57,705 nt of DNA from Pseudolabrys sp. (GTDB taxonomy: Bacteria > Pseudomonadota > Alphaproteobacteria > Rhizobiales > Xanthobacteraceae). The position numbers and the translations under genes were made by a program. The notes under the pieces are model-generated. The model was not told the origin of the DNA. It made no database searches and saw only the letters and a list, made by a program, of their open reading frames with translations. The stretch is from NCBI GenBank assembly GCA_041500065.1, contig JBGQLL010000001.1, positions 1 through 57,705 of the forward strand, read 5' to 3'. Positions 27,909-37,451 of this stretch are shown here, piece after piece; the stretch's first letter is position 1; every line of letters starts with the position of its first letter.

Positions 27909-28942
27909 CAAGCGACGACAACGATGAGCGGGAGAGCAAGCTGCCGCGCGAGACGACAGCATTGTTTGGCCATGGCGACGCCGAGCGCGGGTTGCTTGAT
28001 GCCTACAAAAGCGGCCGGATTCCCCATGCGTGGTTGATCGGCGGGCCACCCGGTATCGGCAAGGCGGCGCTTGCCTTCCGGTTAGCCCGCTTCGTGTTGG
28101 CACATCCCGATCCGCTGACATCCGAGGTCCGAAAGGCAACGTCACTTGCGGTCGATCCCGCACATCCGGTTGCGCGGCGCATTGCCGCGCAGGCACAGGG
28201 TGACCTGCTGGTACTCGAGCGAAGCATCAACGAGCAGACGGGCAAACTTTATACCGTTATCCGGGTCGACGACGTGCGGCGTACGGTGTCGTTTTTCGGT
28301 TCGACGGCGGGCGAGGGCGGCTGGCGCATCGCCATTGTCGATGCCATCGATGACCTTCAGCGCGAAGGCGCAAATGCCATCTTGAAAGTTCTGGAAGAAC
28401 CTCCGCAACGCTCTCTGCTCCTGCTTATTAGTCACGCGCCGGGGCGCGAACTGCCGACGATTCGCTCCCGCTGTCGCCGGCTGCTGCTGCGACCGCTCGA
28501 AAGGGAAGACGTGGCGCGCGCCCTCGCCGAGGCGACGGGCCGGGACGCAAGTGACCAGGAAGTGCTGCAAGCAGCGCAGGCGGCTGAGGGTAGCGTCGGC
28601 CGCGCGCTTGGTTTGCTCGACGGTGCGACACTGGCGCTTCGTCAGCGTGTTCTGGAATTGCTTGAGCAACTACCGGAACCCGACCTGCGTGGGCTCCACG
28701 CCCTCGGGGAAGCCATTGGCGGCACCGACCCGAAAACGCTGGAAGCCTTCATGGACCTGGTGAACGGCTGGCTGTCGGCGCGGCTGGGCGAAGCCTCGCA
28801 AGGCAAGGCGCAAATGGCGCGCGTCGCTGAAACCTGGGAGAAGGTCAACCGGGCCGCGCGCGAGGCGGAGGCCTATAACCTCGAACGCAAACCACTGGTT
28901 TTTTCTGTTTTCGGTGCATTGGCAGAAGCCGCTCGCCCTTGA
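27905..28942 (+). CDS. holB: DNA polymerase III subunit delta'
   Basis: HAWLIGGPPGIGKA, ANAILKVLEEPP, LPTIRSRC. GTG at 27905 overlaps the tmk stop. Confidence 0.94.
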   Translation: MTSDDNDERESKLPRETTALFGHGDAERGLLDAYKSGRIPHAWLIGGPPGIGKAALAFRLARFVLAHPDPLTSEVRKATSLAVDPAHPVARRIAAQAQGDLLVLERSINEQTGKLYTVIRVDDVRRTVSFFGSTAGEGGWRIAIVDAIDDLQREGANAILKVLEEPPQRSLLLLISHAPGRELPTIRSRCRRLLLRPLEREDVARALAEATGRDASDQEVLQAAQAAEGSVGRALGLLDGATLALRQRVLELLEQLPEPDLRGLHALGEAIGGTDPKTLEAFMDLVNGWLSARLGEASQGKAQMARVAETWEKVNRAAREAEAYNLERKPLVFSVFGALAEAARP

Positions 28943-29077
28943 CCAAACGGCCTCTGTGGGCTCGATGGGCAGATCGGGGGTTCGCTTGGCCAACGCGTTG
29001 TGATTGAATTTGGCCCGCTCGCATCACGTCCAAATATCCGGCCGCGCCAGAACGGCCTTGAACTCGGGGAGGATGCC

Positions 29078-30319
29078 ATGTCCTACAGGACCAATCGCCG
29101 TCAGTTTCTCGCGGGTTCCGCCGCCGCTGCCAGCGCCGCCGCTTTTCCAATGCCGTCGATCGCGCAGAGCGCGCCTCTCAAGATCGGCCTGCTCACGGTG
29201 AAAACCGGACCGCTCGCGGCGGGCGGCATCCATTTCGAGGAAGGTATCAGCTCATTCCTCAAGGACAAGAATTTCACCGTGTCCGGACGCAAGGTCGAGC
29301 TCATCGTTGCAGATACCGGTGGCAACCCGGCTGGTGCAAAGACCAAAGCGCAGGAAGTGGTCGAACGCGACAAGGTCGATATCGTTCTCGGACCTTTCGC
29401 TGCCTTCGAACTGCTTGCGACCGTCGATTATCTTGCTCAGGCAAAAATGCCGACGCTGGCCTTTGCCGGTGCCGAGGATGTGACGCAGCGCAAGGCCAAT
29501 GCCTATCTCACGCGCACGTCATATACGTCCGCGCAGTGCCTCTATCCGCTTGCGGACTACGTGCTCAACGAAATGAAGCTCAAACGCGTCGCCAGCCTGG
29601 GCGACGATTTCGCGTTCGGTTATGAGCAAGTCGGGGGTTTTCAGCGCGTGCTGGAGGAACACGGCGGCCAAGTGGTCAAGAAGCTATGGTCACCACTCAA
29701 TACCGCAGATTACGCGCCGTATATCGCGCAAGTTCCGGAATGTGACATCGTTTGCGAGGTTCTTGCGGGCTCGAATCCTCTTAAATTCACCAAGCAGGCG
29801 CGTGGGCTGGGCATGAAGCAGCCGCTCGTCGGCGGCGCGACTGTCGCCGATGACACGATCATCGGCGCGCACGACGAAAGTGCGGCCGGGTTGATCAACA
29901 CCAATCCTTATTCGCTCGACCGCCCGAGCGAAGCCAACAAGCGCTTCATTGCTGCGATGAAGAAAATCTACGGCGACGATGTGCGCATCGGCCATTACGC
30001 CGCATGTTTTTATGCCAATGGCCAGGTAATCGAGGCCGCATTGACAAAGACCGACGGCAAATCCGACAACGCCGACCAGCTGGTCAAGGCAGTGCGCGCC
30101 GTCTCGCTCGCGGACACGCCACGCGGACCATTGAGTTTCGACAGCTATGGCAATGCCATCGTCGACGTCTATGTGCGCCGGGCCGAGAAGCAGGATGGCA
30201 AGATGGTCAACAAGACCATCAAGACTTATCCAAAGGTGAGCCAGTTCTGGACCATGGACCCTGTGAAGTTCCTGGCCGAACCCGTGTTCTCGCGCGACTA
30301 CCCACCGATGAAGAGCTGA
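29078..30319 (+). CDS. Branched-chain/aromatic-acid-type ABC substrate-binding protein, Tat-exported
   Basis: TNRRQFL Tat motif; LKIGLL..TGPLA, VERDKVD, DFAFG, TPRGPLSFD; GGAGGA RBS. Confidence 0.88.
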   Translation: MSYRTNRRQFLAGSAAAASAAAFPMPSIAQSAPLKIGLLTVKTGPLAAGGIHFEEGISSFLKDKNFTVSGRKVELIVADTGGNPAGAKTKAQEVVERDKVDIVLGPFAAFELLATVDYLAQAKMPTLAFAGAEDVTQRKANAYLTRTSYTSAQCLYPLADYVLNEMKLKRVASLGDDFAFGYEQVGGFQRVLEEHGGQVVKKLWSPLNTADYAPYIAQVPECDIVCEVLAGSNPLKFTKQARGLGMKQPLVGGATVADDTIIGAHDESAAGLINTNPYSLDRPSEANKRFIAAMKKIYGDDVRIGHYAACFYANGQVIEAALTKTDGKSDNADQLVKAVRAVSLADTPRGPLSFDSYGNAIVDVYVRRAEKQDGKMVNKTIKTYPKVSQFWTMDPVKFLAEPVFSRDYPPMKS

Positions 30320-30323
30320 GCGA

Positions 30324-30354
30324 GAAAAGCGCGCCGCGTCAGCCGCGCGTTTTC
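30324..30354. terminator. Bidirectional terminator-like hairpin between the convergent binding-protein genes
   Basis: GAAAAGCGCG...CGCGCGTTTTC. Confidence 0.55.
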
Positions 30355-30358
30355 ACTC

Positions 30359-31246
30359 TCAACCCGGATAGGACAGCGTCTCCGGACTGCGGTCTTTTAG
30401 ATATTGATCGAGACCCCAGCGCTCGACCTGCGAGAAGACTTCGTCGAACTCGGCGCGCGGCAGCGGCTTATTGACGAAGCGTTCGCCACGCCCGAACTTG
30501 CTGAAATCCCAGGCGTGGAAATTCTCAAATTCTGCCGGGACCGCGAGTTTCCACAACGGCAGGTATTTCGGCAGGTCCGCTTCCAGCGCCTGTTCGGCGC
30601 GATTGAGTGCGTGCATGTAACCATGCACGACCTCCGGTGTGGCGCTGTCCGGCACCCACCACAGCGTCTTGAACCGATCCTCGATGATTTTGCGCAAGCC
30701 CAGTTGCTCAGCCATCGCGATCTGCGGAGGCAACAGGCTCGCAGCTTCAACCTCGCCATCGAGCAAAGCCTTCAGCCGTGCGCCAAAGCCGCCGGTGTTG
30801 ACGGTCCTGATGTGTTCGAGCGGCAGATATTTTTCCAGACGATAGGGCACATTGAAGTGGCTTCCTGCGCGCATGCCGACCGAGATCGGGATGTCTTTCA
30901 GATCCTCGGGGCTTCGGATTTTCGAGTCCGGCCGCACGAAGATCGCCCAAGGTGAATCACCGTAACCTTCGGTGACGACGCGGCCCATGCCCGCGCTGGC
31001 GTTACAGATCGTGCCCCAGACGCAAGCGCCCTGTACGACATCCTGCTTGTCTTCCGTGTAGGGACGGTCCTGCGGCCGCTGGAAGTAGTCCAGACCTTTC
31101 CAGCTTGATTGCGTGCCCCGGAATGTCTTCCAGTCGAATTCGACGTCGAGTCCTTCGGCCGGAAAGAAGCCCTCCTGCATCGCGACAAAATCGTTGAGAC
31201 CCATGCCTTTGGGCGCAACTTTCACCCGTTTGAGGCTGGCGGCCAT
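30359..31246 (-). CDS. NMT1/THI5/SsuA-like type 2 periplasmic-binding-fold protein with no signal peptide
   Basis: VAMQEGFFPAEGLDVE, IFVRPDSKIRSPEDLKD, RLKALLDGEVEAA; no hydrophobic N-terminus; GGGAGGA RBS. Confidence 0.75.
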   Translation of the reverse strand: MAASLKRVKVAPKGMGLNDFVAMQEGFFPAEGLDVEFDWKTFRGTQSSWKGLDYFQRPQDRPYTEDKQDVVQGACVWGTICNASAGMGRVVTEGYGDSPWAIFVRPDSKIRSPEDLKDIPISVGMRAGSHFNVPYRLEKYLPLEHIRTVNTGGFGARLKALLDGEVEAASLLPPQIAMAEQLGLRKIIEDRFKTLWWVPDSATPEVVHGYMHALNRAEQALEADLPKYLPLWKLAVPAEFENFHAWDFSKFGRGERFVNKPLPRAEFDEVFSQVERWGLDQYLKDRSPETLSYPG

Positions 31247-31414
31247 GGTGACATCCTCCCGGCGTTGATTTTGGTTGATGCGAATTTACCACGATCGGAC
31301 CGCAAGGCACGAAAAATGCGTTTGCCACGTTGGCTGCATACGCACGTCCAATCGGTCAAATTTTACAGAATTCCGGAACCGTGCGTTCCGGAACGACGAC
31401 TATCACGATAGGCT

Positions 31415-31819
31415 ATGGGTATTGCGAGCACGATAGCCGTTTCGGGGCTGAACGTAGCGAGCCTGCGCTGGCAGGTGGCCGCGAGCAACATCGCCAATTC
31501 GCTTTCGGCTGGTCCACTTCCGGACGCGATCAATCCGGAGAACTTTCCGGCCGCCTATACGCCTTTGCAAGTCAATCAGACGGATCTTGTCGGCGGGGGA
31601 ACCAGCGCGACCGTCACCGCGGTTTCGCCGGCGACCATCTCGGCATTTGATCCGACCGCACCTTTCTCCAACACCAATGGCATGGTGGCGAGCCCGAACG
31701 TCGATCTGGCCAATGAATTCGTGCAGCTGATGATTGCGCGCATTTCGTACGCGGCCAATGCGCAGCTGATCCGCGCCGATGCGCAGATGAGCGGATCGCT
31801 TCTCAACATCATGTGCTGA
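31415..31819 (+). CDS. Orphan flagellar basal-body rod FlgC-like protein
   Basis: IAVSGL...ASNIAN, PNVDLANEFVQLMIARISYAANAQ. Confidence 0.8.
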   Translation: MGIASTIAVSGLNVASLRWQVAASNIANSLSAGPLPDAINPENFPAAYTPLQVNQTDLVGGGTSATVTAVSPATISAFDPTAPFSNTNGMVASPNVDLANEFVQLMIARISYAANAQLIRADAQMSGSLLNIMC

Positions 31820-31835
31820 AGGTCTTGCCGCGTTC

Positions 31836-32963
31836 CTAATGCCTGTGCGCTGCGCGTGCCGGCGGCATACGATGGAAATCGAGGATCTGCTGGGCCGTCG
31901 TTTGGCGCAGGCGATGGAACGCAGCCATGGCTTGGTCGACCCCGTTTGCCGAACGACGGTACCGCTTCGCAGCAAGCATCATGATGCTACGGGTGGTTTC
32001 CCATGAAAGCCCGATCGCCTTGGCCAGCACCAGCAGAGATTCGGCGCGCGTGTCGCGCATATGTTGCTCGATGACCGCCGTCGGCACGTTTGACATCAGT
32101 GACAGCGCCGCAACCATCTCCTCGAAGCGGCCGGTCGAGGCAAACTCCTGCAATTTACCCGCGGTGAGCAGGCCTGCCTGGTGCATCGATTCCACCAGTA
32201 TCTGCGCCGTTGCGTAGCTAACCGGTTGGTTCAACACCTCTGTCTGGATCCGGTCGGCGACTTCGCCGACCACCCGCTCGATCTCTGCCTTCGCATATTC
32301 GCGTTCGGCCACAAGCGCGGTGCGGACTTTCTCCGATGCCGCCGCGAGCAGTCGTTCAAATAGTTGCGACGGCAGGTCGGATCGCAGGCCCACGCAGGAT
32401 GTGAGCGCATCGTCGCCTTGCGAGCGGTAGACGAGGATCTCAAAACCCTTGCCCGAGAACCTGGCGCCAGCATTCTTTGCCATACTCAATACGACCTGCT
32501 GATCGCCGCGCTCGACCAGGACGTCAGTCAATTCCTCCGGAAGTGTCTTGCGACGTGAAATGGCGAGCAGATGCTCCTGGTTCTTGGTGCGCGCGCACTC
32601 GATCAAGGTCGCATTGTCGAGCCGTGCAGCCTGAGTGAGAACCGGGGAGGCCACCTCGATCGCATCGTCACAGGCCAGCGCTCGCAGGATCTTGGGCGGG
32701 GCGACCGGCACCGGCCCGAGCCGGATTGAAAGCAACGCGCGCGACGACTGTTCGATGGTCCCGACCAACCGTACGAACACATCGTCGATCAGGTCGATTT
32801 CATCCTCAGAATATTGATCTGAGCCCACCAGAAACAGATCGGTGAGGTGACGCAGCATGGCCGAGCGGCGCTGGTCCGTGCTGTGCGCGATCGAGCTGTC
32901 GAGCTCGTGGATGAGTTCGAGTGGAGCACCCATAGACCCTGGAGAACCGTTCTGGTTGGCCAC
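31836..32963 (-). CDS. DUF2336 domain protein
   Basis: LACDDAIEVASPVL, QEHLLAISRR, LTDVLVERGD, NAGARFS, RSDLP. Confidence 0.88.
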   Translation of the reverse strand: MANQNGSPGSMGAPLELIHELDSSIAHSTDQRRSAMLRHLTDLFLVGSDQYSEDEIDLIDDVFVRLVGTIEQSSRALLSIRLGPVPVAPPKILRALACDDAIEVASPVLTQAARLDNATLIECARTKNQEHLLAISRRKTLPEELTDVLVERGDQQVVLSMAKNAGARFSGKGFEILVYRSQGDDALTSCVGLRSDLPSQLFERLLAAASEKVRTALVAEREYAKAEIERVVGEVADRIQTEVLNQPVSYATAQILVESMHQAGLLTAGKLQEFASTGRFEEMVAALSLMSNVPTAVIEQHMRDTRAESLLVLAKAIGLSWETTRSIMMLAAKRYRRSANGVDQAMAAFHRLRQTTAQQILDFHRMPPARAAHRH

Positions 32964-33115
32964 GGATTGGCAATTTTGACTGGTTAACTTTCATTCAGAG
33001 TGTACGCGATGCGGGTTTAGCAATTCGTAAAGACCATTGGCCGTTTCAGGGCAGGGTCGCGCACTTTCCGCCCGGAAAGCCGGTTTTTGAGCGCTATGCC
33101 GGTGGTCTTGTGCTG

Positions 33116-33394
33116 CTATTGTTTTAAAAGGCCGCAGTATTTCTGGATGCCGCTGTCCCAGCAGCCCGTTTTCATGCACACCGATTGGCGCAGGCCGCAA
33201 TTGGTGGTGCAAACCGAGAGCGTCGATCGATCCGGGTTCTTCTTGCAGCTCGTGATGCAGGCGGCCTGCTCGCCGCTACACCGCATGGGGGCAGCGACGA
33301 CGGCTGGGGGAAAGAGCAGGGCGAGAGCCGCCAGAACGGCCAAAGTCGCCACGATCATGCGTGCCGCTGCGCGAGAATCGACGGGTCGATTCAT
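33116..33394 (-). CDS. Secreted cysteine-rich miniprotein
   Basis: Hydrophobic signal, then a mature part of about 58 aa with 8 Cys. Confidence 0.65.
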   Translation of the reverse strand: MNRPVDSRAAARMIVATLAVLAALALLFPPAVVAAPMRCSGEQAACITSCKKNPDRSTLSVCTTNCGLRQSVCMKTGCWDSGIQKYCGLLKQ

Positions 33395-33536
33395 GGCAAC
33401 GTTCTAGGGGCGGGACACGCCAACGGCAATAGCGCAAACGTCAACTCATCATCAGCCGGCTAGATAAGACCATCATATTTATTCGTTAGTCGTCGACTGC
33501 CGCGGGGTCTAGCAATGACTCGAGGATGGCTAACCG

Positions 33537-33707
33537 ATGTCGAACAGAGACTTTCGTGAAGTCCGGAAGAGTCTGGAGTCGAAGCGGAACGAGATAGTGA
33601 GCGCACACTATGTCGGAGCTGCCGCCCTGATTGCTGCGGCGGCAGGATTTCTTGTGCTGGTTTTTTCTTTAGATCGCGCCTTTGACCTCGGCCGTTTCGC
33701 CTACTGA
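33537..33707 (+). CDS. 56-aa single-TM protein
   Basis: MSNRDFREVRKSLESKRNEIVSAHYVGAAALIAAAAGFLVLVFSLDRAFDLGRFAY*; GAGGA upstream. Confidence 0.4.
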   Translation: MSNRDFREVRKSLESKRNEIVSAHYVGAAALIAAAAGFLVLVFSLDRAFDLGRFAY

Positions 33708-33752
33708 AGGATCGTAAAAGCTATCCACCGGCGCTCTTTCGCGGCGACGGTG

Positions 33753-35087
33753 TCACTCCTTCTTGGACTTCTTCAAGCTCCGGATGAATTTCTCCGCCTG
33801 CGTTTCACTGATCCGTATGAGTGGCGGCGGGTAATATTTATCGTCCGAGACGTCTTTTGACGGACCGTAGAAGCGATAGGTCAGGTTGTATTTCTTGCCG
33901 TTGGGCGTCGGCAGCCAGTTCGATTCCGGAATGCCGTCTGGCAGCTTCGGCGCGAAAACCAGCGTGAGCGAGCCGTCACTGTTGAGTGTCAACGGCGACT
34001 GTTTGTTGAACAGAAAGCGGTTGAGTGAATTGGGAATAACCTTGTAATCGGTGCCATCGACCGCGACGACTGACCAGAAGTAATGCGTTTTGGTTTGGGG
34101 CAGGGCGTCCTTGGGATAGGTCTGGGTGAAGGTCTGGCTGCCGTCGAGACCCTGAGCAGTGAAATAGACGACTTCCTTGCTGTTGTTCGCCCAAATGCCG
34201 GCGTAATTGGTGATGCTCCGCATCACATAATCGGTGCGGTAGTTACCGATGGCGCGCGGACGCATCCATCCATTCACAACCTTGCCCATTTTTGGAATTT
34301 CACCGAGGAAGGAAGGAATCGCCAGTTTGCGGATGACCTCGTCGATGCGCGCGCGTTGCGCCGGATCGGCGGCGGCCTTGGCGACCGCGCGTGCCTTCTC
34401 GCGGACGTCGATCATGCCGGCGTTGAGGTCGGGCTCGCTTTCAAGAATCGCTTCGGTCTTGTCGAAACCCTCGACGCCGGGAAGCTTGTTGTTGGGAAAA
34501 TCCGGCTTGACGACCGCCTCGTCGATCGTCGGAGAGCCGAGGACCTTCATTGTGGTCTTCTTCTGAAGCGCGATTGCCTCAGCGGGATTTGCGCCGAGCT
34601 CGACCCGCACCAGGATTCGCGATTTCTTGCTGGGCAAATTGATCCGTAGTGTCCCCTTCGGCAGGTTGACTTTGCTATCCTTCACACACAGGGCGAATTT
34701 CCCGAACGCGTGCTTGGGATATTTGCGCTCGTTGATGTTGGCGGTGACCTCACCCCAGCCGTTGAGCGCCTGCACGGTGTAGTAGCGCCCTTTGATATCC
34801 GGCAGTTCGATCAGCGTGCAGCTTTTCTCGTCGACGGCCACCCAGGCCTCGCTGTAGACAACGTCGAGGTTCGGGTTCGCCCAATCGACGCCGCCGGGCT
34901 CCCTGTGGATGAGCTGGTTCCACTTGAACCCTTCCTTGAAATCGAGATTTTCCTGCCGCAGCACCAGCCAGCGGCCAAGCATGTATTCGTAAGCTTCGAC
35001 GACATCTCTGTCGGCTAGACGGGGCTGCGCGCTTGCCGCGGTTCCAACGCAAATTACGGCAAGTGCCGCAAGGACGTATTTCTTCAT
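33753..35087 (-). CDS. DUF1254/DUF1214 exported protein
   Basis: Signal peptide; NPNLDVVYS, GRYYTVQ, FWSV, DGSLTL, NWLPTP, LTYRFYGP. Confidence 0.85.
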   Translation of the reverse strand: MKKYVLAALAVICVGTAASAQPRLADRDVVEAYEYMLGRWLVLRQENLDFKEGFKWNQLIHREPGGVDWANPNLDVVYSEAWVAVDEKSCTLIELPDIKGRYYTVQALNGWGEVTANINERKYPKHAFGKFALCVKDSKVNLPKGTLRINLPSKKSRILVRVELGANPAEAIALQKKTTMKVLGSPTIDEAVVKPDFPNNKLPGVEGFDKTEAILESEPDLNAGMIDVREKARAVAKAAADPAQRARIDEVIRKLAIPSFLGEIPKMGKVVNGWMRPRAIGNYRTDYVMRSITNYAGIWANNSKEVVYFTAQGLDGSQTFTQTYPKDALPQTKTHYFWSVVAVDGTDYKVIPNSLNRFLFNKQSPLTLNSDGSLTLVFAPKLPDGIPESNWLPTPNGKKYNLTYRFYGPSKDVSDDKYYPPPLIRISETQAEKFIRSLKKSKKE

Positions 35088-35121
35088 GGCGGCGCACCCC
35101 TTCTGCGCGGCGGAATTATAC

Positions 35122-36168
35122 TCAATTCACGGCCTGCGCCTCGGGAAATTTCCACTTGTTGTTGAGGATTTCGTCACGCGGTCGATAGAGCCGCACCATG
35201 TAGTTCCAGCCCGGCGTGGTCGGCAGGCAATTGACGATCTTGCCATCGCAGCCGCCAAACTGGATGGCGACAGAGCCGTCCGGGTTCTTTTTGGCAGTGA
35301 TTGCGTTGAGCGAGTAAGCGTCATACTGGTTCTTCTTGAAAAAGCCGTCGGCGCCATAGACGGTCACCGACCAGAACGCGTTCACCGGGACTTTGGCCGG
35401 AACGTTGAGCTTGTAGATCGTGGTGCCGTCGTTCTTGGCCGGTGTCACGTTGAGATAGATCGCGTCTCGGTCGGGGTTCCCGCCCCATGCGGTGGCCGTG
35501 CCGATTAGGTGGCGTATCGGGTCTACCTGAAACCTGCTTCCGAATGCTTTTCTTAGATCGGGGAGTGATGCCCCCAGCACCAGGAGCGAGTCGCGCATCT
35601 TGTTCTGGCTGACCGGATCCCAGTTGGGTATCTCAAAACGGCCGGCGACACGCTGCTTGGCGGTCACTGCATCCTGCAATGCGTGGGCCTCTTTGAGGTC
35701 TTGCGGATTGGCCGGATCGGCGAATGTACGCAAGCCCAGCAGGACATAGCGCGTGCCGACCTCCGATTTCGTAAAGTTATAATTGCCGGCGCCGTAATCG
35801 ACCTCGTAGATATAGTGGTCTTCATTTATGACTAGCATCGACATGAACCGCTTGCCCGGATTTGGCAGCGTGACCTTCACCGGCCCGGCATCGAGATCGA
35901 ACACTGCCGACGAGTAGAGCGTATCGCGGTTGAGCCGAATGATCGTCTGCTTGTCGAGCGGCGCGGGCTCACGTGTGTGTTCAAATTTGCCGAAACCGCC
36001 GTTTTTGACGATGCGGCTAAAATAAAGGTCGCTTTCGGCACGGTTGAAATTGTCAGCGGTGACAGGAATGGGGGAGCCCGCCAAGGTTTGCGCCGATGCA
36101 TTCGAGGCAGCAATCGCGAGCAGTACGGCGGCGAACAAATATGTGCGCGGAGTGTGAGCGGTCTTCAT
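35122..36168 (-). CDS. DUF1254/DUF1214 exported protein (short type)
   Basis: VTADNFNRAESD, RLNRDTLYS, VPVNAFWSVTVY, GWNYMVRLYRP. Confidence 0.85.
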   Translation of the reverse strand: MKTAHTPRTYLFAAVLLAIAASNASAQTLAGSPIPVTADNFNRAESDLYFSRIVKNGGFGKFEHTREPAPLDKQTIIRLNRDTLYSSAVFDLDAGPVKVTLPNPGKRFMSMLVINEDHYIYEVDYGAGNYNFTKSEVGTRYVLLGLRTFADPANPQDLKEAHALQDAVTAKQRVAGRFEIPNWDPVSQNKMRDSLLVLGASLPDLRKAFGSRFQVDPIRHLIGTATAWGGNPDRDAIYLNVTPAKNDGTTIYKLNVPAKVPVNAFWSVTVYGADGFFKKNQYDAYSLNAITAKKNPDGSVAIQFGGCDGKIVNCLPTTPGWNYMVRLYRPRDEILNNKWKFPEAQAVN

Positions 36169-36177
36169 TGGTGCCTG

Positions 36178-37119
36178 TCAAAACGGGTTAACATAATTCA
36201 GGATCGCGATCTGCCGGAGGATCACCTTGCGGATGATGTGTGCCGGCTTGATGTGCGGCGTATAGATCGCCGCAGCACCAGCGGCACCCGTGGGCAGTCT
36301 TGCCGCGAGCTTGTCGTCATTTAGCTTGACACGAACTGCAAACGGCGCGGCCACGATCTGTCTCGTTGTCGCCGCGGCACCTGAGGCCAGAACCTGACCG
36401 CTTGAAATTGACTCCAGTCGGGCGACGACCTTTCCCCTAAACACCCGGCCGGGGAAAAACTTGAACGTGACCTCGACCTCCTGGCCGGGCTCGATATACC
36501 GCGTATAGATCTGCTGGATTGTGACACCGACGATCGTTTCGGACGTGCTGATGAACGCCATCACCGGCGAGAGCGGCAGATTTGCCACGCGCGCACCCTT
36601 GAGAAGGCCGACATTAGTGACGTAACCATCGGAAGGGGCGCGTTCGACAGTCTTTTCAAGATTCCACTTCGCGCCTTCGACCTGCGCCTTCAGCTGGTCG
36701 ACACTCGCCTGCCGCTGCTGGACATCAAAAGTGCGCCCGGACTCGCTCCGCTGCAATTCCGTCATCTGCGACAGCCGCAGTTCCTCAAACTTGAGCTGCG
36801 CAGCGAACGCGTCAAGTTGCGACTGGTAGGGAACAGGATCGATCTTAAACAACACATCGCCAGCCTTGAGTGGCGTGTTCGGTGTGACCGGCACCTCAAT
36901 GACTTCGCCGGCAACATCGGGGACGATCGCTACCGAATTGCGAAGCACCAGCGCAGAGCCCTGGGGGGCGCCCCATCCCATCGGAACGAACAGGCCGAAC
37001 AGCAGCAGCAGAAGCACGAGGAGCGGGGAGCACTTCCAGAACAGGTTGAAGGGAACGATCTTCATCTTCACCAGGATGAAGAGGATAACGAGGTAAACAT
37101 TGAGGAGGGCGACGATCAT
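36178..37119 (-). CDS. HlyD-family membrane fusion protein (YibH-like)
   Basis: Two N-terminal TM segments; IVPDVAGEV, GDVLFKIDP, RAPSDGYVTN. ATG at 37119 overlaps the DUF3302 stop. Confidence 0.88.
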   Translation of the reverse strand: MIVALLNVYLVILFILVKMKIVPFNLFWKCSPLLVLLLLLFGLFVPMGWGAPQGSALVLRNSVAIVPDVAGEVIEVPVTPNTPLKAGDVLFKIDPVPYQSQLDAFAAQLKFEELRLSQMTELQRSESGRTFDVQQRQASVDQLKAQVEGAKWNLEKTVERAPSDGYVTNVGLLKGARVANLPLSPVMAFISTSETIVGVTIQQIYTRYIEPGQEVEVTFKFFPGRVFRGKVVARLESISSGQVLASGAAATTRQIVAAPFAVRVKLNDDKLAARLPTGAAGAAAIYTPHIKPAHIIRKVILRQIAILNYVNPF

Positions 37120-37361
37120 CGTGGCGCCTCCTGTTTCGGCGCCGCGGGTATATCCACGTACGCCCAGATCAGCGCGATCGGCCACAGTACGAAACCGCAG
37201 ATGAGTGTCACCCAGCCGGCCACGGTGACCGCCTGGGCCCAGGGGTGCCCGCGTCCTCTGGCGATATGGCCGGGCAGGGAGCCCGCGATGAAAAACATCG
37301 CAAGCGCGCTTGCGACCAGAATGAGAAGAACGATCCAGGCGAAGATATCGAGAAAAGACAT
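37116..37361 (-). CDS. DUF3302 small membrane protein (YibI-like)
   Basis: LPGHIARGRGHPWAQAVTVAGW...LWPIALIWAY. Confidence 0.88.
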   Translation of the reverse strand: MSFLDIFAWIVLLILVASALAMFFIAGSLPGHIARGRGHPWAQAVTVAGWVTLICGFVLWPIALIWAYVDIPAAPKQEAPR

Positions 37362-37451
37362 GCCCCCTCCCGGTTAAGTCGAATCCTTGTCGATGGTGCG
37401 GAGAAGCTAGCCGGCCGGCATCGCTGCCGGCCAGTCTGGATGCGGTGCGGC

